A stretch of DNA of 64,000 nucleotides from Negaprion brevirostris (Eukaryota). The translations under genes were made by a program, and so were the position numbers. Positions within the stretch are counted from its first letter, which is position 1. Every line of letters starts with the position of its first letter. The stretch lies in NCBI GenBank assembly GCA_030324005.1, contig JARDVH010000001.1:105937297-106001296 (forward strand), given 5' to 3'. This document shows, in pieces, positions 38,735 through 50,697 of the stretch. The notes under the pieces are model-generated. The model saw only the letters and a list, made by a program, of their open reading frames with translations, had not been told where the DNA came from and made no database searches.

Positions 38735-39293
38735 ATGGGGGCAATTCTTGCAGTTAGCTATGCAGCGGGCGGGAGACTCAAGCGGAGGCTGTTTGGAAGA
38801 CTTCTCGCTGGGTGCCAATAGCCTCTGTGAGTCTCCATACACTGTATTTCCGTTGCTAGCCTGCCTGTGCAATTGAGGCTGCAAGGGGGTGGGGGACTTC
38901 TGGAATGGGGGAAATCAGGACTGCCAGGGGCGGGGTCGAACTGGCTTGGATCTGTCCAGGAGGCCAGCAATTGGACTGTGGAGGAGATCGGAGTATCAAT
39001 GATACAGGGTCATGGGGCTGGCTGGTAATCAGGTGGCCTGCAAGCGGAACCAGTGCACATGCGCCAATCTCCACTATGACAGATCAGTTCGCATGCAGTG
39101 GCCCCCTCAGCAGTCTCTCCAGTGGGAATAGACCTGCCCACTAATCTTTCACATGATTCACACTAGCGTACTCTGAAGTGCACAGAGTGTAGGAGATGCA
39201 TTTTGAAAATCCTGCTGAAAAAAATCAGCGGGACTTACCCCAATTTTTACACAAATTTGACACTTAGAATTTTTTTGGGAGAATCCCACCCCA
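38735..39293. mobile_element. MITE-like non-autonomous DNA element with short terminal inverted repeats; related copy in opposite orientation at ~30585-31193
   Basis: Ends ATGGGGGCAATTCT and AGAATCCCACCCCAT; internal GACAGATCAG..CAGCA..GGGAATAG is the reverse complement of sequence at 30735-30820. Confidence 0.6.
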
Positions 39294-42200
39294 TATATGA
39301 TTGATTTTCTATTGAACATTCAAACAATTTAACCCAACTGCTCTTCTTGTAACCTACCTCTGTCTGTGTGTGTCATGGGTGCATGTTTGAGTTGGAGCAT
39401 TTTTATTAATTTTTCTTTATCTGCATTAAGGACAATAAGCACTATTTCCTTTTCTTTTAAATCTTACAAGAAAATCCATCTGTGTTTATCTTTTATAGTC
39501 ACAGGACTTAACAGTTAAACACTCACTAGGCTGACAAGAAAATTCTAATGGAAACACCTGTTGTGGTCAACCGCGAGGTGGGAGAGATAGCAGCCATTCT
39601 ACCCCATCTCACCTGGCCGTAACAATATAATATTTATTTTACACAAAGGCAATTTGGCAATTTAAATGCCTGCCGGCCTTGACATCTGTTGTGGGCACTC
39701 TTACCAGTAACACCTGCTGGAACAGAAGTGAAGTCACAGAAGTTAAATATGAAACTTACATTTTCGGCCAGGTGCTTCTCTCGGCTGCATAGGAAACGTT
39801 TGAGATACTGCCGACCCTACCACTGAAACCTCGCCATATGCTTAAACACAATGCCTGTGAGCAGTCTCTGAACTGCCCAAACTTCACAGGGCAGCAGCTA
39901 TTTTATGCCTGTTCTGGGTGGGCAGCTATCCAGCAAAATGTTAATGAAGTCTACTTGTTAAAATCAACTGGGTGCCTATGACAACTTCAGATTTGGCATC
40001 TTTTTCCTGCTTATCAATCGGGACTTAAAATCTCTTGGATCTTTTGCCAATTACAACAGATGATCAGGAGAATCTCTATGGAGGTCTGATCTGTGTCTGC
40101 ACTTAGCTCCTGCCAAGACCCGAGCTCACCATGTAGTAAATCTTCAGTTTAAAGTAGTCTCCCACAAGGTCAATATGTGCTAGCACAGTTCAGTTATATG
40201 TCCTGAACTCATTTCAATATTGGCGTAAGAACAGGCTGAGATGGGAATAAATATATCGGAGTTTATTGTGAATGAAAATTTATGACAGGGAAAGATTGCA
40301 TGATCAACCTATATAGGAAATTCAGACCAAATTCCAAAGTGGTCTCTCTGTACACAACTTAATTGGAGAGCAGGTCTATCAAACCGACCCTACTAGGCAG
40401 ATGATGTAAAATTTATAGTGCCACCGGCTTCTCCTAACTTATTAACCACTTCTGAGAGGCCAACAATTATAGGTAATAGTGGCAAGAAAACAAGCCCCTG
40501 ATAAATTACTCATTGATACCTCACTCCAATTGAACATAATCGCAAAGGACTTCAAAACAACTGTTTTCAACTGCTGCTGGCAACCTGTAATACCAAGATG
40601 CCACCAGAGTGTTGTGTTCAATATTTATTTATCTATAATTGTTATTTGCATAAGTCACTGTACTGTGTTATTATTATTTGTTTTATACTTGTTTCAGCCT
40701 TGAATGCTTGCCACAATATACTTCTCTTGACCAGTAACACTGGGGCAACACTGTTTCAGTCGAGCATCTTGGTTTGACTGGATCATATATTTCTTTCCCA
40801 TATTATTCCCATTTGTGTTGCCTCTTGTTAAAATTTATTCCTTCCTTGGAAGACAGCAACACTGGCAAGGTCAAAACTTGTTGACTGTCCCTAATCACGC
40901 TCAAGGAGATGATGCTAAGCTGCCTTCATAAACTGCTGCGGCCATATGGTGCAGGTACAGACATAGTGCTTGCAGTTTGGTACAGCTTGGCTTGGTAGAC
41001 ATTTCAGAGGACAGTTCAGATTCAAGCACAATCTTGTGGGTCTGGAGTCACATGTAGGCCAGGCCAGATAATGATGGCACATTTCCTTCCCTAAAGGACA
41101 TTAGTGTAGCAGATAGGTTTTTGTAACAAGCTGATACTTTCATTGCATCATTATGGATCTAGCTTTCAATTCCAGATTTATTAATTTAATTTAAATTCCT
41201 CCAGCTGGATTGTAGATATGAACCTACAATCCATGAGAATTAGTCTGAGCCACTGAAGGACTAATCCAGTGACGCTACCACTATGCCACTCTTTGCTGAG
41301 CCTGGAAGAGCACAGTGCCAACCTTTACTGATCCATCAAAATATGTCCTCCAAATAGAAAATATTTAGTCCATTTCTTATTTAGATGTTTGCCTATCTCT
41401 ATTAAAAGGAATTTAAGTAACACAGTCACAATTATTTCAAAATATTGATTATTGCATGAAAAATGAGAATATAACTTTGTTTTTTTTTAAAAATGAACAA
41501 ATCCCCAAAGCTAGATTTTCACTTTGTTCTGTAAGAAATGATAGCCCCTGACTTTAGATAGGAATACATCCCATTTACCTTTTCAGCTGAAATTATGTTC
41601 ATGTCTGACAGGTCAGGATATTATGGTCCTGCTGAAGTCAACAGCAATTTAAACGGCTCGGCGCATTTACAGGGCAGGGGGATGCCGTGGTGGGGTTGTA
41701 AAATCCTGGGCATGGTCTTTGAAGTTACAGATGAATCACATTGATGATCTCTGTTTAATTTTGTTATGGCCAGTTTTCAAAATTAGGGGATTAGTTAAGA
41801 GCACTCATGTAACATTTATTTGATTATTATTTATTAAGCAAGAGAGTAATGAGAACTTTCCACAAAAATCTACTTTTGGTGAAGTCTCCTTTTGCTTAAT
41901 AGGAAAGAATGGTTTCTTCCTTCTGCCTCCAATTAAATACCTTTTACTTCTGTTGCAGAATCATTGTCATAGTTTGAGATAACTGAGCTCACACAGCCAC
42001 AACTAATGGCACTGTGGATCAGACAGGAGATCAATTTCTACGTCCTGCAACTGCTCCTCCTTCCTTTACAATTAACGTACAAGTAATCTTGGAAATCTTG
42101 AAGGGGCTTAAAAGTCAGAGCTCTACAAGTTGAATTACTCAAAAGAAATAGAAATGTCTGTCCTCATTAAGGAGGAATGCGTTTCCAAATGGAATCAAGG

Positions 42201-42317
42201 CCTTTTTGTAAAATGGTCCAGTGAAGACTAACTAAAAAGGGATCAATAATTGAAACATGGTAAATGTACTGTAGATACAGGAAATATTGAAGCCCAGGGC
42301 TTTGGGGCTCTTTTCCC

Positions 42318-42670
42318 TTGAAAGACGCCGACCGAGGGGGCGATCTAATAGAGGTATATAAGATTATGAAGGGTATAGATAGAGTAAACAGAGGTAAGCT
42401 ATTTCCTATGATAGAGACNNNNNNNNNNNNNNNNNNNNNNNNNNNNNNNNNNNNNNNNNNNNNNNNNNNNNNNNNNNNNNNNNNNNNNNNNNNNNNNNNN
42501 NNNNNNNNNNNNNNNNNNCCCCCTGCAATAAAGGGCAACATTAATTCCTACATTTTAGCTTTTTGTGATTCATGCACAAGGACACCCAGATCTCTCTGCA
42601 GCATTCTGCAATCTCTCTCTATTTAAATGATGTCCTGCTTTTCTACTCTTCCTGCCAAAGTGGACAATCT
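42318..42670. mobile_element. CR1 fragments flanking an N gap
   Basis: ORF GGDLIEVYKIMKGIDRVN on plus; GGACACCCAGATCTCTCTG minus-strand CR1 piece after the gap. Confidence 0.75.
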
Positions 42671-42879
42671 CACATTAGACTCTCAGTAATGCGCTTAAAT
42701 TATGTCAGCAAAATTATGTCAGATGAGAGTTTATGCAATTCCTTTAAGAATTTTAACATAAACCTTATCTGACTAAAATAGTTATGTGCAAACAATTGGT
42801 ATCAATTATATCATACTTATGAACACAGATATTAGGAACAAAAATAGGTCATTAACATTATGTTGGGATCTAGGACCTA

Positions 42880-43640
42880 AACCTAAAACCAGCATTCCCT
42901 CCATTGGCAACATCGAACCACCTAAAACACATCTATGCATCTCAGACCTGGATTTCAAGCTACCACATGGTGCTAAACCAAAGGTACACACTCTTGATAT
43001 ATTGTTTGACTCTGAAACCAACTTTCTCATTGGCATTTTTATCAGTCTCAAATGCCACTTTCTTTAACCTCCAAAGCATTACCGACCTCTGTCCTTAACT
43101 CTCCCTCTGCCATTGAAACCTTAGCCAAGCTTTTATAAACACAAGGCTAGATACCTCCAGTCATCTTCTTGTGGGCATTTTAACATTCACTCTGTAAAAG
43201 TTACAAGTCACACCAAATGCACAAGTTCAGAAATTAAGTTCATTAACCATCACCCTCATCCTTGTTGATCTTTTTGTGCATCATAGAAGCAAATTCAAGC
43301 TCCTGGTTCTCATCTGTAACTCCTTCCATGGCATTGCTTCTCCCTGTTTCTAGAATTTCCTCCAATTATGACCCTCCTAGCTGTATGCCCTTGTATGCAT
43401 AATTGTTCCAACTCCTCACATTCCACTTCTGGTTGTTGTTTCTTGAGCCACTGGGCTTCATTCCCCTGAACTCCACAGCTCAGCCAAACACCTTGTCACC
43501 TCCGTCATGGTCTTTAAAAGCTTCCTAAATGCACCTCTTGTTCTGCTATTCAATATCCATTTTTTTACCTACCATCATGGAAAACACTTTTATGGTGTGT
43601 CTCTCTGCAAGTTAACAGTGCTACACAAGTGTAATGTTCA
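42880..43640 (+). mobile_element. Highly degenerate L2-type LINE fragment
   Basis: TGCCACTTTCTTTAACCTCCAAAGCATT, ACCATCACCCTCATCCTTG and TTCAAGCTCCTGGTTCTCATC..TCCTTCCATGGCATTGCT resemble L2 ORF2 end. Confidence 0.5.
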
Positions 43641-45003
43641 GCTTTCAAAGATCCTCTGTTAATTTTATCTACATATTAGATATTAAGAACATAGAAAATG
43701 GTTTGGAAACATATTTTTGAACTTGTTTTAAACCTAACAAGAGGAAAACAAATCAGCAGCTGCATTTTAAAAATCAGATTGAGGATTTCAAGTGAAAATG
43801 AATAAGACATTTCTTGCTACAAGTTTCCCAAATTTCATGACAGGCNNNNNNNNNNTGCTAAATGCAATTAAATCTTTCAATGGTCTGTGCCAATTAGAGT
43901 CTTTGTAAAGTCATTTTCAGGTACCTCACTTACTTCATCTTGTCAATTCCTTGTCCAATAAAAACAAGTAGACACAATACACATTACAATTCAATGCAGT
44001 GTCTCTCTACTAATTACCTTGCAAGCATCAATACTCCAGAGATTACAAATTTGCAGAGTTTGTAAGTAATTCAGTGTTGGGTAATTTAAACTGCTAACAG
44101 AAGATTCAGAACAAGATAGGATATAAAGGAACTTATTCAGAACAAGACAGCAATCTTTGACTTCTGCCCAAAATATATGTAAAGTTGCTGAAGGAGACAC
44201 ACGGAGCCAAATTTCCTTGTTCCAAAATGAAAGTGGGAATTGGCAAAATTGAGGCTGTGGGACTGTAAATTTGAATTTTCCCCTCAAAAAGAGCCCACAC
44301 ATAGGCAGGAAAAGATTCAGAAGGGGTTCAGATTGTGGCATCCTGCAACATCGGAGTTGTCACTGACATGCCACAAGAAATTTGTATTTAATGTCTTACA
44401 GCATTTTCATCAGGTCAGGCAGGCTTTGAAAGTCTTTGGGAAACCCATTAGACAAGAGAGTTTGGGAACACACTGAAGAGTCACAAATATTTGGCATGCA
44501 AGTTTAAAATGATTTGCCAACTTCAATATCATTATTAGATGCTGTCTTCTATATTAGATGGGTTTTTATTACAGAGATTGATCTTAGAATCCTATCTTGA
44601 AAATGTAAGGTGACCTTTATCGCAAACATCATTGCACAAGTGTGAGCTGCAATGAATAAATTTTCCCATTGGAAACAGCGGTATTGTGTGTTTAAAACTG
44701 TATACAACAACGCTTGGAACCCTCCCAACATGATCTGAGCCGGGGTTTCAATGTCCAGAATGCATTAACGTAGGGTAAAAAAACAACCACCTGCTTCACT
44801 CCTTTGATTGACAGGCTACCTCCTTTGAAATGGGAAAAATGTTCTTTCAGTTTCAAGAGACTGAAGCAACATGAGGCAGAATTAGATTAATGAGGGGTGA
44901 GGCTCAGGACATAAGAATCATGTGGAGACTAGGCTGATATCTCAAAAATGGTGACTACTTTTCAGTATTTACACAAACATATTAATTACTTAAGTACACT
45001 CAC

Positions 45004-45137
45004 CTTCTTACAGCTCACTGGTTGGCATTCTGCAACGTAGCACTGCACCTCACCATTACTGCAGACACATTTTGAACATTCAGCCGTGTTCCAGTCTTCA
45101 CCATCCCTGTACATTCTTCCCTCAAATACACATGATT
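45004..45137 (-). CDS. FRAS1: FRAS1 coding exon (~exon 6): (E)SCVFEGRMYRDGEDWNTAECSKCVCSNGEVQCYVAECQPVSCKK
   Basis: tag|AA acceptor, AAG|gtgagt donor, 134 nt, phase 1-0; matches recalled human PCSYEGHVFQDGEDWRLSRCAKCLC. Confidence 0.95.
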
Positions 45138-45940
45138 CTATTCATAAAGACAATCGATACAAACAAATGAGCAGCATGAGAAACAATGTGTGAAATTTGC
45201 TGTGGCCCTATCATTTTGCCTGCACTTGAACACATTTCCATCTGAAAGGTATTAAAACCAGACTTCATTTAAATAACATTTTGTTTGCTTAGGACATCCC
45301 AATGGAGCTTCACAGTCAATTAATTAAATGGTTACTGGCGTGATGCACATAAATTGTGCAACTAATTTTCACACAGCGAGGTCCCACAAACAACAGATGA
45401 GTTGAATGGCCAATTAATTTGTATTCCATGATGTTTATAAATGAATGCCTGCTACGAGAGTTGGTGAACCTCCCTGTTCTTTAAATTGTACCATGGGATC
45501 TTTTATCTGCATCTAAACAGGTATACAGGGCTTCTTTTTATCATCACATCCAAGAGGCAGTACTTCAAACTATATGGCATTCCCTCAGTGCCAGTCTAGA
45601 TTACGTGCTTAAATCCTGAGTAAGCTTTCAATTGGCAACCATCTAACTCTGTGGCAAGAGTGCTATGCAGTAAGACGAGCTGCCCCTAAAAGCAGACAAA
45701 GAAAATATCACAAAGATCTCAAGTTTTCTATCCTTTTGACAACTTTTGCTGCATAAGCCTTCACATATCATAATACTTCACGTTTACACAAGAATTAAGA
45801 AGGAAATAAAGTGAAACAATGTGACAATATGGCTCAGACAATGATAGGCCAGATGGCCTACTTCCATTCTGTAAATTTTCATAGTTTCTATGCGACGGTT
45901 AACTGACAACAATCAGAGACACAAAAACTTGTTGGCTTAC

Positions 45941-46100
45941 CTCCAGTCTTGACACATTTTGGACAGCAGTCTCCATCTGGGGTGTATGTTACTTCCCCAC
46001 TCCCACAGGAAATGGGGGAACAATATTTTGAGCCACATTCAACTTTATTGTTGATGCAGGAACACACACCACACTTTGAGGTCGTCCACTCTGTCTCATG
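45941..46100 (-). CDS. FRAS1: FRAS1 coding exon (~exon 5): HETEWTTSKCGVCSCINNKVECGSKYCSPISCGSGEVTYTPDGDCCPKCVKTG
   Basis: tttttggcag|CAT acceptor, G|gtaag donor, 160 nt, phase 0-1; VWC cysteine pattern. Confidence 0.95.
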
Positions 46101-47229
46101 CTGCCAAAAAAAAGCAGAAATCAGGAGTCACCATTAAATCTAAATTACAATAAATATCTTCACTGAAAATTTTTATCCTCATTCGGGTTTGGGATCCTCT
46201 GGTGCCATTCAAAGCAAATGGAGTTTTGGCNNNNNNNNNNTTTAATGCCAAATTCTCCATTCTCACTTGCAGTATGATGGCCACGACCAAGGTTAGAAAA
46301 TCCCACTCCTGGTAGCCATTAATTTGAAACTACACTTGCTGACGTTTGTACATTTAACTTCTGAGTTCCTGTTGACTTTGAGCTACTCTATTACAGTGGA
46401 AATCTCAGATATCCATACTCCAGCAATTGACTCTTCTATCATCATTTTGACATTTTCATATTTTCATAGATTTTGACATCAAAGTCTTATTTTTTTAATA
46501 ATTTAGAGTCCAAAACGGCAATTTCCACTCAGTGTTATACACATGGCACTAATGCAGCTTTGAAATGCTTACAATGCTACAATGTTATGTTATGAAAATG
46601 ATTGTAAAAAATACCTGTTTCAAAAATGACAACAAATGAATCAAAAAGTAAGTAAGTGGAACACATGTTGCAAATCAGTTTTTTTTCTATTCATTGGTGG
46701 AACGTCCACAACACTGGTTGCACCAGCATTTCTTGTCCATTCCAAATTGCCCTTGAACAGAATGACTTGCTAAGCCACTCCAGAGGGCATTTAATGTTGG
46801 TCTGGAGTCACATGTAGGCCAGAGCAGGTAAGGATGACATAATAATGAACCAGATGGATTTTTACGACAGTGGTTTCATTGTCATCATTAAACCTTTAAT
46901 TCAAATTTCACCATCTGGCATGGGATTTGAACCCAGATCTCCAGAGCATTATTGCCCTATGTTTTGGGATTACTAGTCCAGTGATAATACTACTGTTCCA
47001 CCGCCTCCCCTAACAAATAATTACATGTCAAGGAATTACAACATTCTATAATTCCTTATTGGGATTTACATGTTGCAATACACCCATCAGCAACATTCAC
47101 TTCATTATCTATGTTATCTGTTCTGTTTACCATAATGGTTTCTGCTTTACTGAGACTGCATGTGTATGTGAGATGGGGCTTCTTTTTATCAAACAAAACA
47201 GAAAATGCTGTAAATAATCAGCAGGTCTG

Positions 47230-47625
47230 TACTGATGGAATGCTGCACTGTTAGGGAAGTAGCCTTTTGAATAAAAGTTATTTTCCAGCATTTTCTCTTC
47301 AGGTTTCAGCTTCTGGATAAGGTGTTAAATAAGATCTCTTCAGTCTCTCAGGTAGGTATAAAAGGTAACATGGCATGATTTCATAGAAGGGTGGGGGGTG
47401 TTCTTCCTTGTGTTCGGAAGAATAATCATGCTTGACCAATATCACTGAAACAGATTTTTCTGATCATTATTTCATTGCTGTCTGTGGAATCTTTTGAACG
47501 GACAAACTTGCTTCTGTGTTTCCTACATCTAAAAATGAATGCACTTCAAAAATAGTTAATTGGCTGCAAAGCACTTTGAAGCATCCTGAAAGGATAAAAA
47601 GTGCTGCAAAAATGCAAGTATTTCT
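47230..47625 (+). mobile_element. DeuSINE (SacSINE1/AmnSINE1-like); related copies at ~5030-5380(-), 5840-6000 and 6550-6630(+), 27290-27600(-), 45290-45680(-)
   Basis: GGAATGCTGCACTGT..TCATTATTTCATTGCTGTCTGTGG..CTGTGTTTCCTACAT..GCACTTCAAAAATAGTTAATTGGCTG.AAAGCACTTTG resembles the Deu-domain SINE core and tail. Confidence 0.65.
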
Positions 47626-47689
47626 TTAATTTTTACCCCACTGGAAAAGAAATAAAGTGACTGAATAGGGGTGTTGCAAATCCACAAGA

Positions 47690-48450
47690 ATCTTCATATT
47701 GCTCCCCGACATCGTTGACAGGCATAAGAACAGGTACCACATGTATTGCAACACAACCCAGTTCAATCTCCCCACTGCAACAATTATCAACATTCAGACT
47801 TGACAAACAAAATCCTTCAGCTTTGGGTCCTCCCACCATCAATTCCAACTCCCTCATCGAACATCAGATTGATTGCAAACTCGACAAACTATTTGATCCT
47901 GATTATCTCATCAGTCAGAGTTCCAAATGTGTATTTCTTTGTCAATGTTTTCAGGATGGCCCTGTAAGATTGTCTTGATTAATCTGCTGTTTGTTCTGTT
48001 GAACTTCATCGCATATCTGTCGAGGATTGTATTTTGTACTGGAAGACAGATACTCTCAAACTTCTTTTTCCTCCTTTATCTGGAAAGCAAGCAACCCAAA
48101 TTTCTTAATTGAGTCTGGGCCCACTAAGTTTAATAAGATGTACACTTGTACCGTTTTTGACTTGTCGGACAATGCAGCGCTGCAGGAAATATGTTACTTC
48201 CTTTTGAACTTTCCCCAGCTATCAAAGATGAATGGGTTGATGTGGCAAAGTTCTTATGCCGTAAAGCCAACTCCCAACACCATGTGAATGTGTTGGGTTC
48301 CTGAATCACTAACAATAGTGACTTGTAACAAAGGATAGTTTATTCAATAGCTTAATAACTACTTCATGCTTGTACTCTGCCTACACTCCTGGGGGGTAAG
48401 ACCCATGCCCCCGACATGTGATCTTTCTGGAGCTACGTCAACATGTGACC
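47690..48450 (-). mobile_element. Degenerate Gypsy-type gag remnant
   Basis: Minus-strand pieces KKFESICLPVQN and FGTLTDEII(R)DQIVC resemble Gypsy gag; many frameshifts. Confidence 0.55.
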
Positions 48451-48987
48451 ACTCAACCTACAGTCAGTTTTCAAAGAAAAAGAACTATTCCAGGAAAGTA
48501 CAGATTTTAAGCCACTTAGAAGGGTCAGAGTAACATATTTTCTTACTTTGTTGATTGTGGAATAAAGCTGTTTAACAATTTATATCTAATATTTAAAATT
48601 GTGTTACTTCATCTGCCTTTCAGAGGATTGAGAAAGTGCATACAAGAAGGTCATGGCATTGTGTTCAGATAAGAAGACTGTCTTGTTATTACATCACCTG
48701 CAGGTTTTGTTATCATTGATTTAAATAGTGGGTAGCAAGAGCAAACTTTAGCACCAGGGATACAGGGAAGACGAATGACTAACTGGGGAGTAGACCTGAG
48801 TAGCAGCCATTTACAAATACACTGTTAGAATATTTTCAGTTATCTCAAACATATGAAGTTAGCACAGGGTCAGTGTTGCATTTCCCATATGGGCAAGCTC
48901 AGTGCTGTAGTATTATCTGGGGCTTTAAACTAATGTAGTCGAAATCAGTCGAAAGGCTGGCATAGAGATTGCACAAAGAGCTTCAAT

Positions 48988-49312
48988 TCATAGAATCCTA
49001 TAGTGCAGAAGGAGGCCATTCGGCCCATCAAGTCAACTACCGATCACAATCCCATCCAGACCCTATCTCAACAACCCCATGCATTTACCCTAGCTAGTCC
49101 CCCTGACACTAAGGGGCAATTTAGCATGGACAATCTACCTAACCGGCGCATCTTTGGACTGTGGGAGTAAACCGGAGCACCCGGAGGGAACCCACACAGA
49201 CACGAGGAGAATGTGCAAACTCCACACAGACAGTGACCCAAGCTGGGAATTGAGCCTGGGTCCCTGGTGCAGTGAAGCAGCAGTGCTAACCACTGTGCCA
49301 TCGTGCCACCCC
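48988..49312 (-). mobile_element. Full-length tRNA-derived V-SINE (HE1-like)
   Basis: Reverse complement of GGTGGCACGATGGCACAGTGGTTAGCACTGCT..GGCTCAATTCCC..GTGTGGAGTTTGCACATTCTCC and CR1-like tail. Confidence 0.9.
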
Positions 49313-50302
49313 TTTTCTTGTTTCTGCTTATGTGCGTTACTGATTGTTTAAGACTGACTACGACGTATGATGAACATCTCTTCCTTTGATGACAATGCAT
49401 ATTTACATAAATATAATCATTTGGTTTTATCCAACATATTATCTTAATATACAAACCAATATACTATCACAACATTCCTGTTCCCTTAAATAAAAGATCT
49501 TTATAGTTCAACACTAATGTGTACACAAGTAGGTATCCCTTGTGGAGTAAAAAAAATCATGTCAGCCATTGTTTACATAGAACATTCAGCTGTAACAGAA
49601 TTACTTGGAATACCACTCACCATGTTACTGTTTCTTTATTTCTGAATACTGTTTGATCTGATTGGTCTCCCTTTAAATGTTGGAACAGGAGGCCTGAGTT
49701 GCATATTGCCCTGTTTCCTGCAGTATTGAGATACTACATCTATGTTGGGGTTGTCTTTGTGCTGATGGGGTTTACGAGCCACAATGGGAATACTGGACAA
49801 TGGCAGCAACTGCTCTTCATTCCGGTTGGGCTTTTTAATGGATGTGCTCGTATCTCTATAGATGACAAACTGGATTGAATCAGCACTCTGACTCAACAAA
49901 GGATTTCTATCACACAGATTCAAACTTGGTGCTGTTTCTATAGTTCAGCCTGTCTGACTAATTGAACTGCCTTGAATAAAGTTATCTCTCCTCTGGACTG
50001 CAAAAAAAACAGATAAAGCTTCATCAAGCACACCCACCATAATCCAGTCTCAGATCAGTTCATCCTTTGGGCTCTGTCATAAGATTCTGTTGCTGCTTTT
50101 CTCTCTGATTCCTTGCCATAGTTATTTCCTCACTGCTTTATTATCTTTGACTTTTACCAGCTGTTTCATCCAGGATCCTTGAGTAAGGTTACCGCTGTCA
50201 CCATGGAATGTTATCATAAATGGTCCCAGGATGTGGTTATAGGGGATACATTCAAGGATTAGAAGAATTAACGAAGAACTGCAGAATATGACTCTATAAT
50301 AG

Positions 50303-50470
50303 ACAGCACAGTGGCTAGCACTGCTGTCTCACATCACCAGGGACCCAGGTTCAATTCCAGCTTCAGGCTGTGGAGTTTGCACGTTCTCCCCATGTCTGCG
50401 TGGGTTTCCTCCGAGTGCTCCAGTTTCCTACCGCACTCCAAAGATGTGCCGGTTAGGTGGATTGGCCAAG
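50303..50470 (+). mobile_element. V-SINE (HE1-like), 3'-truncated
   Basis: GCACAGTGGCTAGCACTGCTG..GGTTCAATTCC..TGGAGTTTGCACGTTCTCCCC; similarity stops after GGATTGGCCA. Confidence 0.87.
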
Positions 50471-50620
50471 GGGGGTGAATCAGAGAAAAAAGCGGCAACA
50501 GAGTCTCATGACAGACTACAATGCTATTTGACTGAATCAATTAAAATATAAATTTGATTAATGATCTATTGCATTGTCTTAAGCTGAGTAATAAATAATT
50601 TTTTAACATTTCTACAATAG

Positions 50621-50697
50621 GTACTCAAGAGACAAGGATACGATGCAGCCTGTGACATGTGGAGTTTAGGGATTCTACTCTACACTATGCTGGCAGG
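50621..50697 (+). pseudogene. Isolated exon of a p90 ribosomal S6 kinase (RSK/RPS6KA, most like RPS6KA2/3), C-terminal kinase subdomain IX: [26 protein letters not shown]
   Basis: tttctacaatag|GTACTC acceptor, GCAGG|gtaagg donor, 77 nt, no stop; nearly identical to the recalled RSK motif [26 protein letters not shown]; no other kinase exon found in the window. Confidence 0.85.

Noticed and set aside
39760-39830. Minus-strand segment ending in a GTAAG donor as a candidate exon
   Set aside because: No FRAS1 similarity; the expected exon is at 36208-36291.
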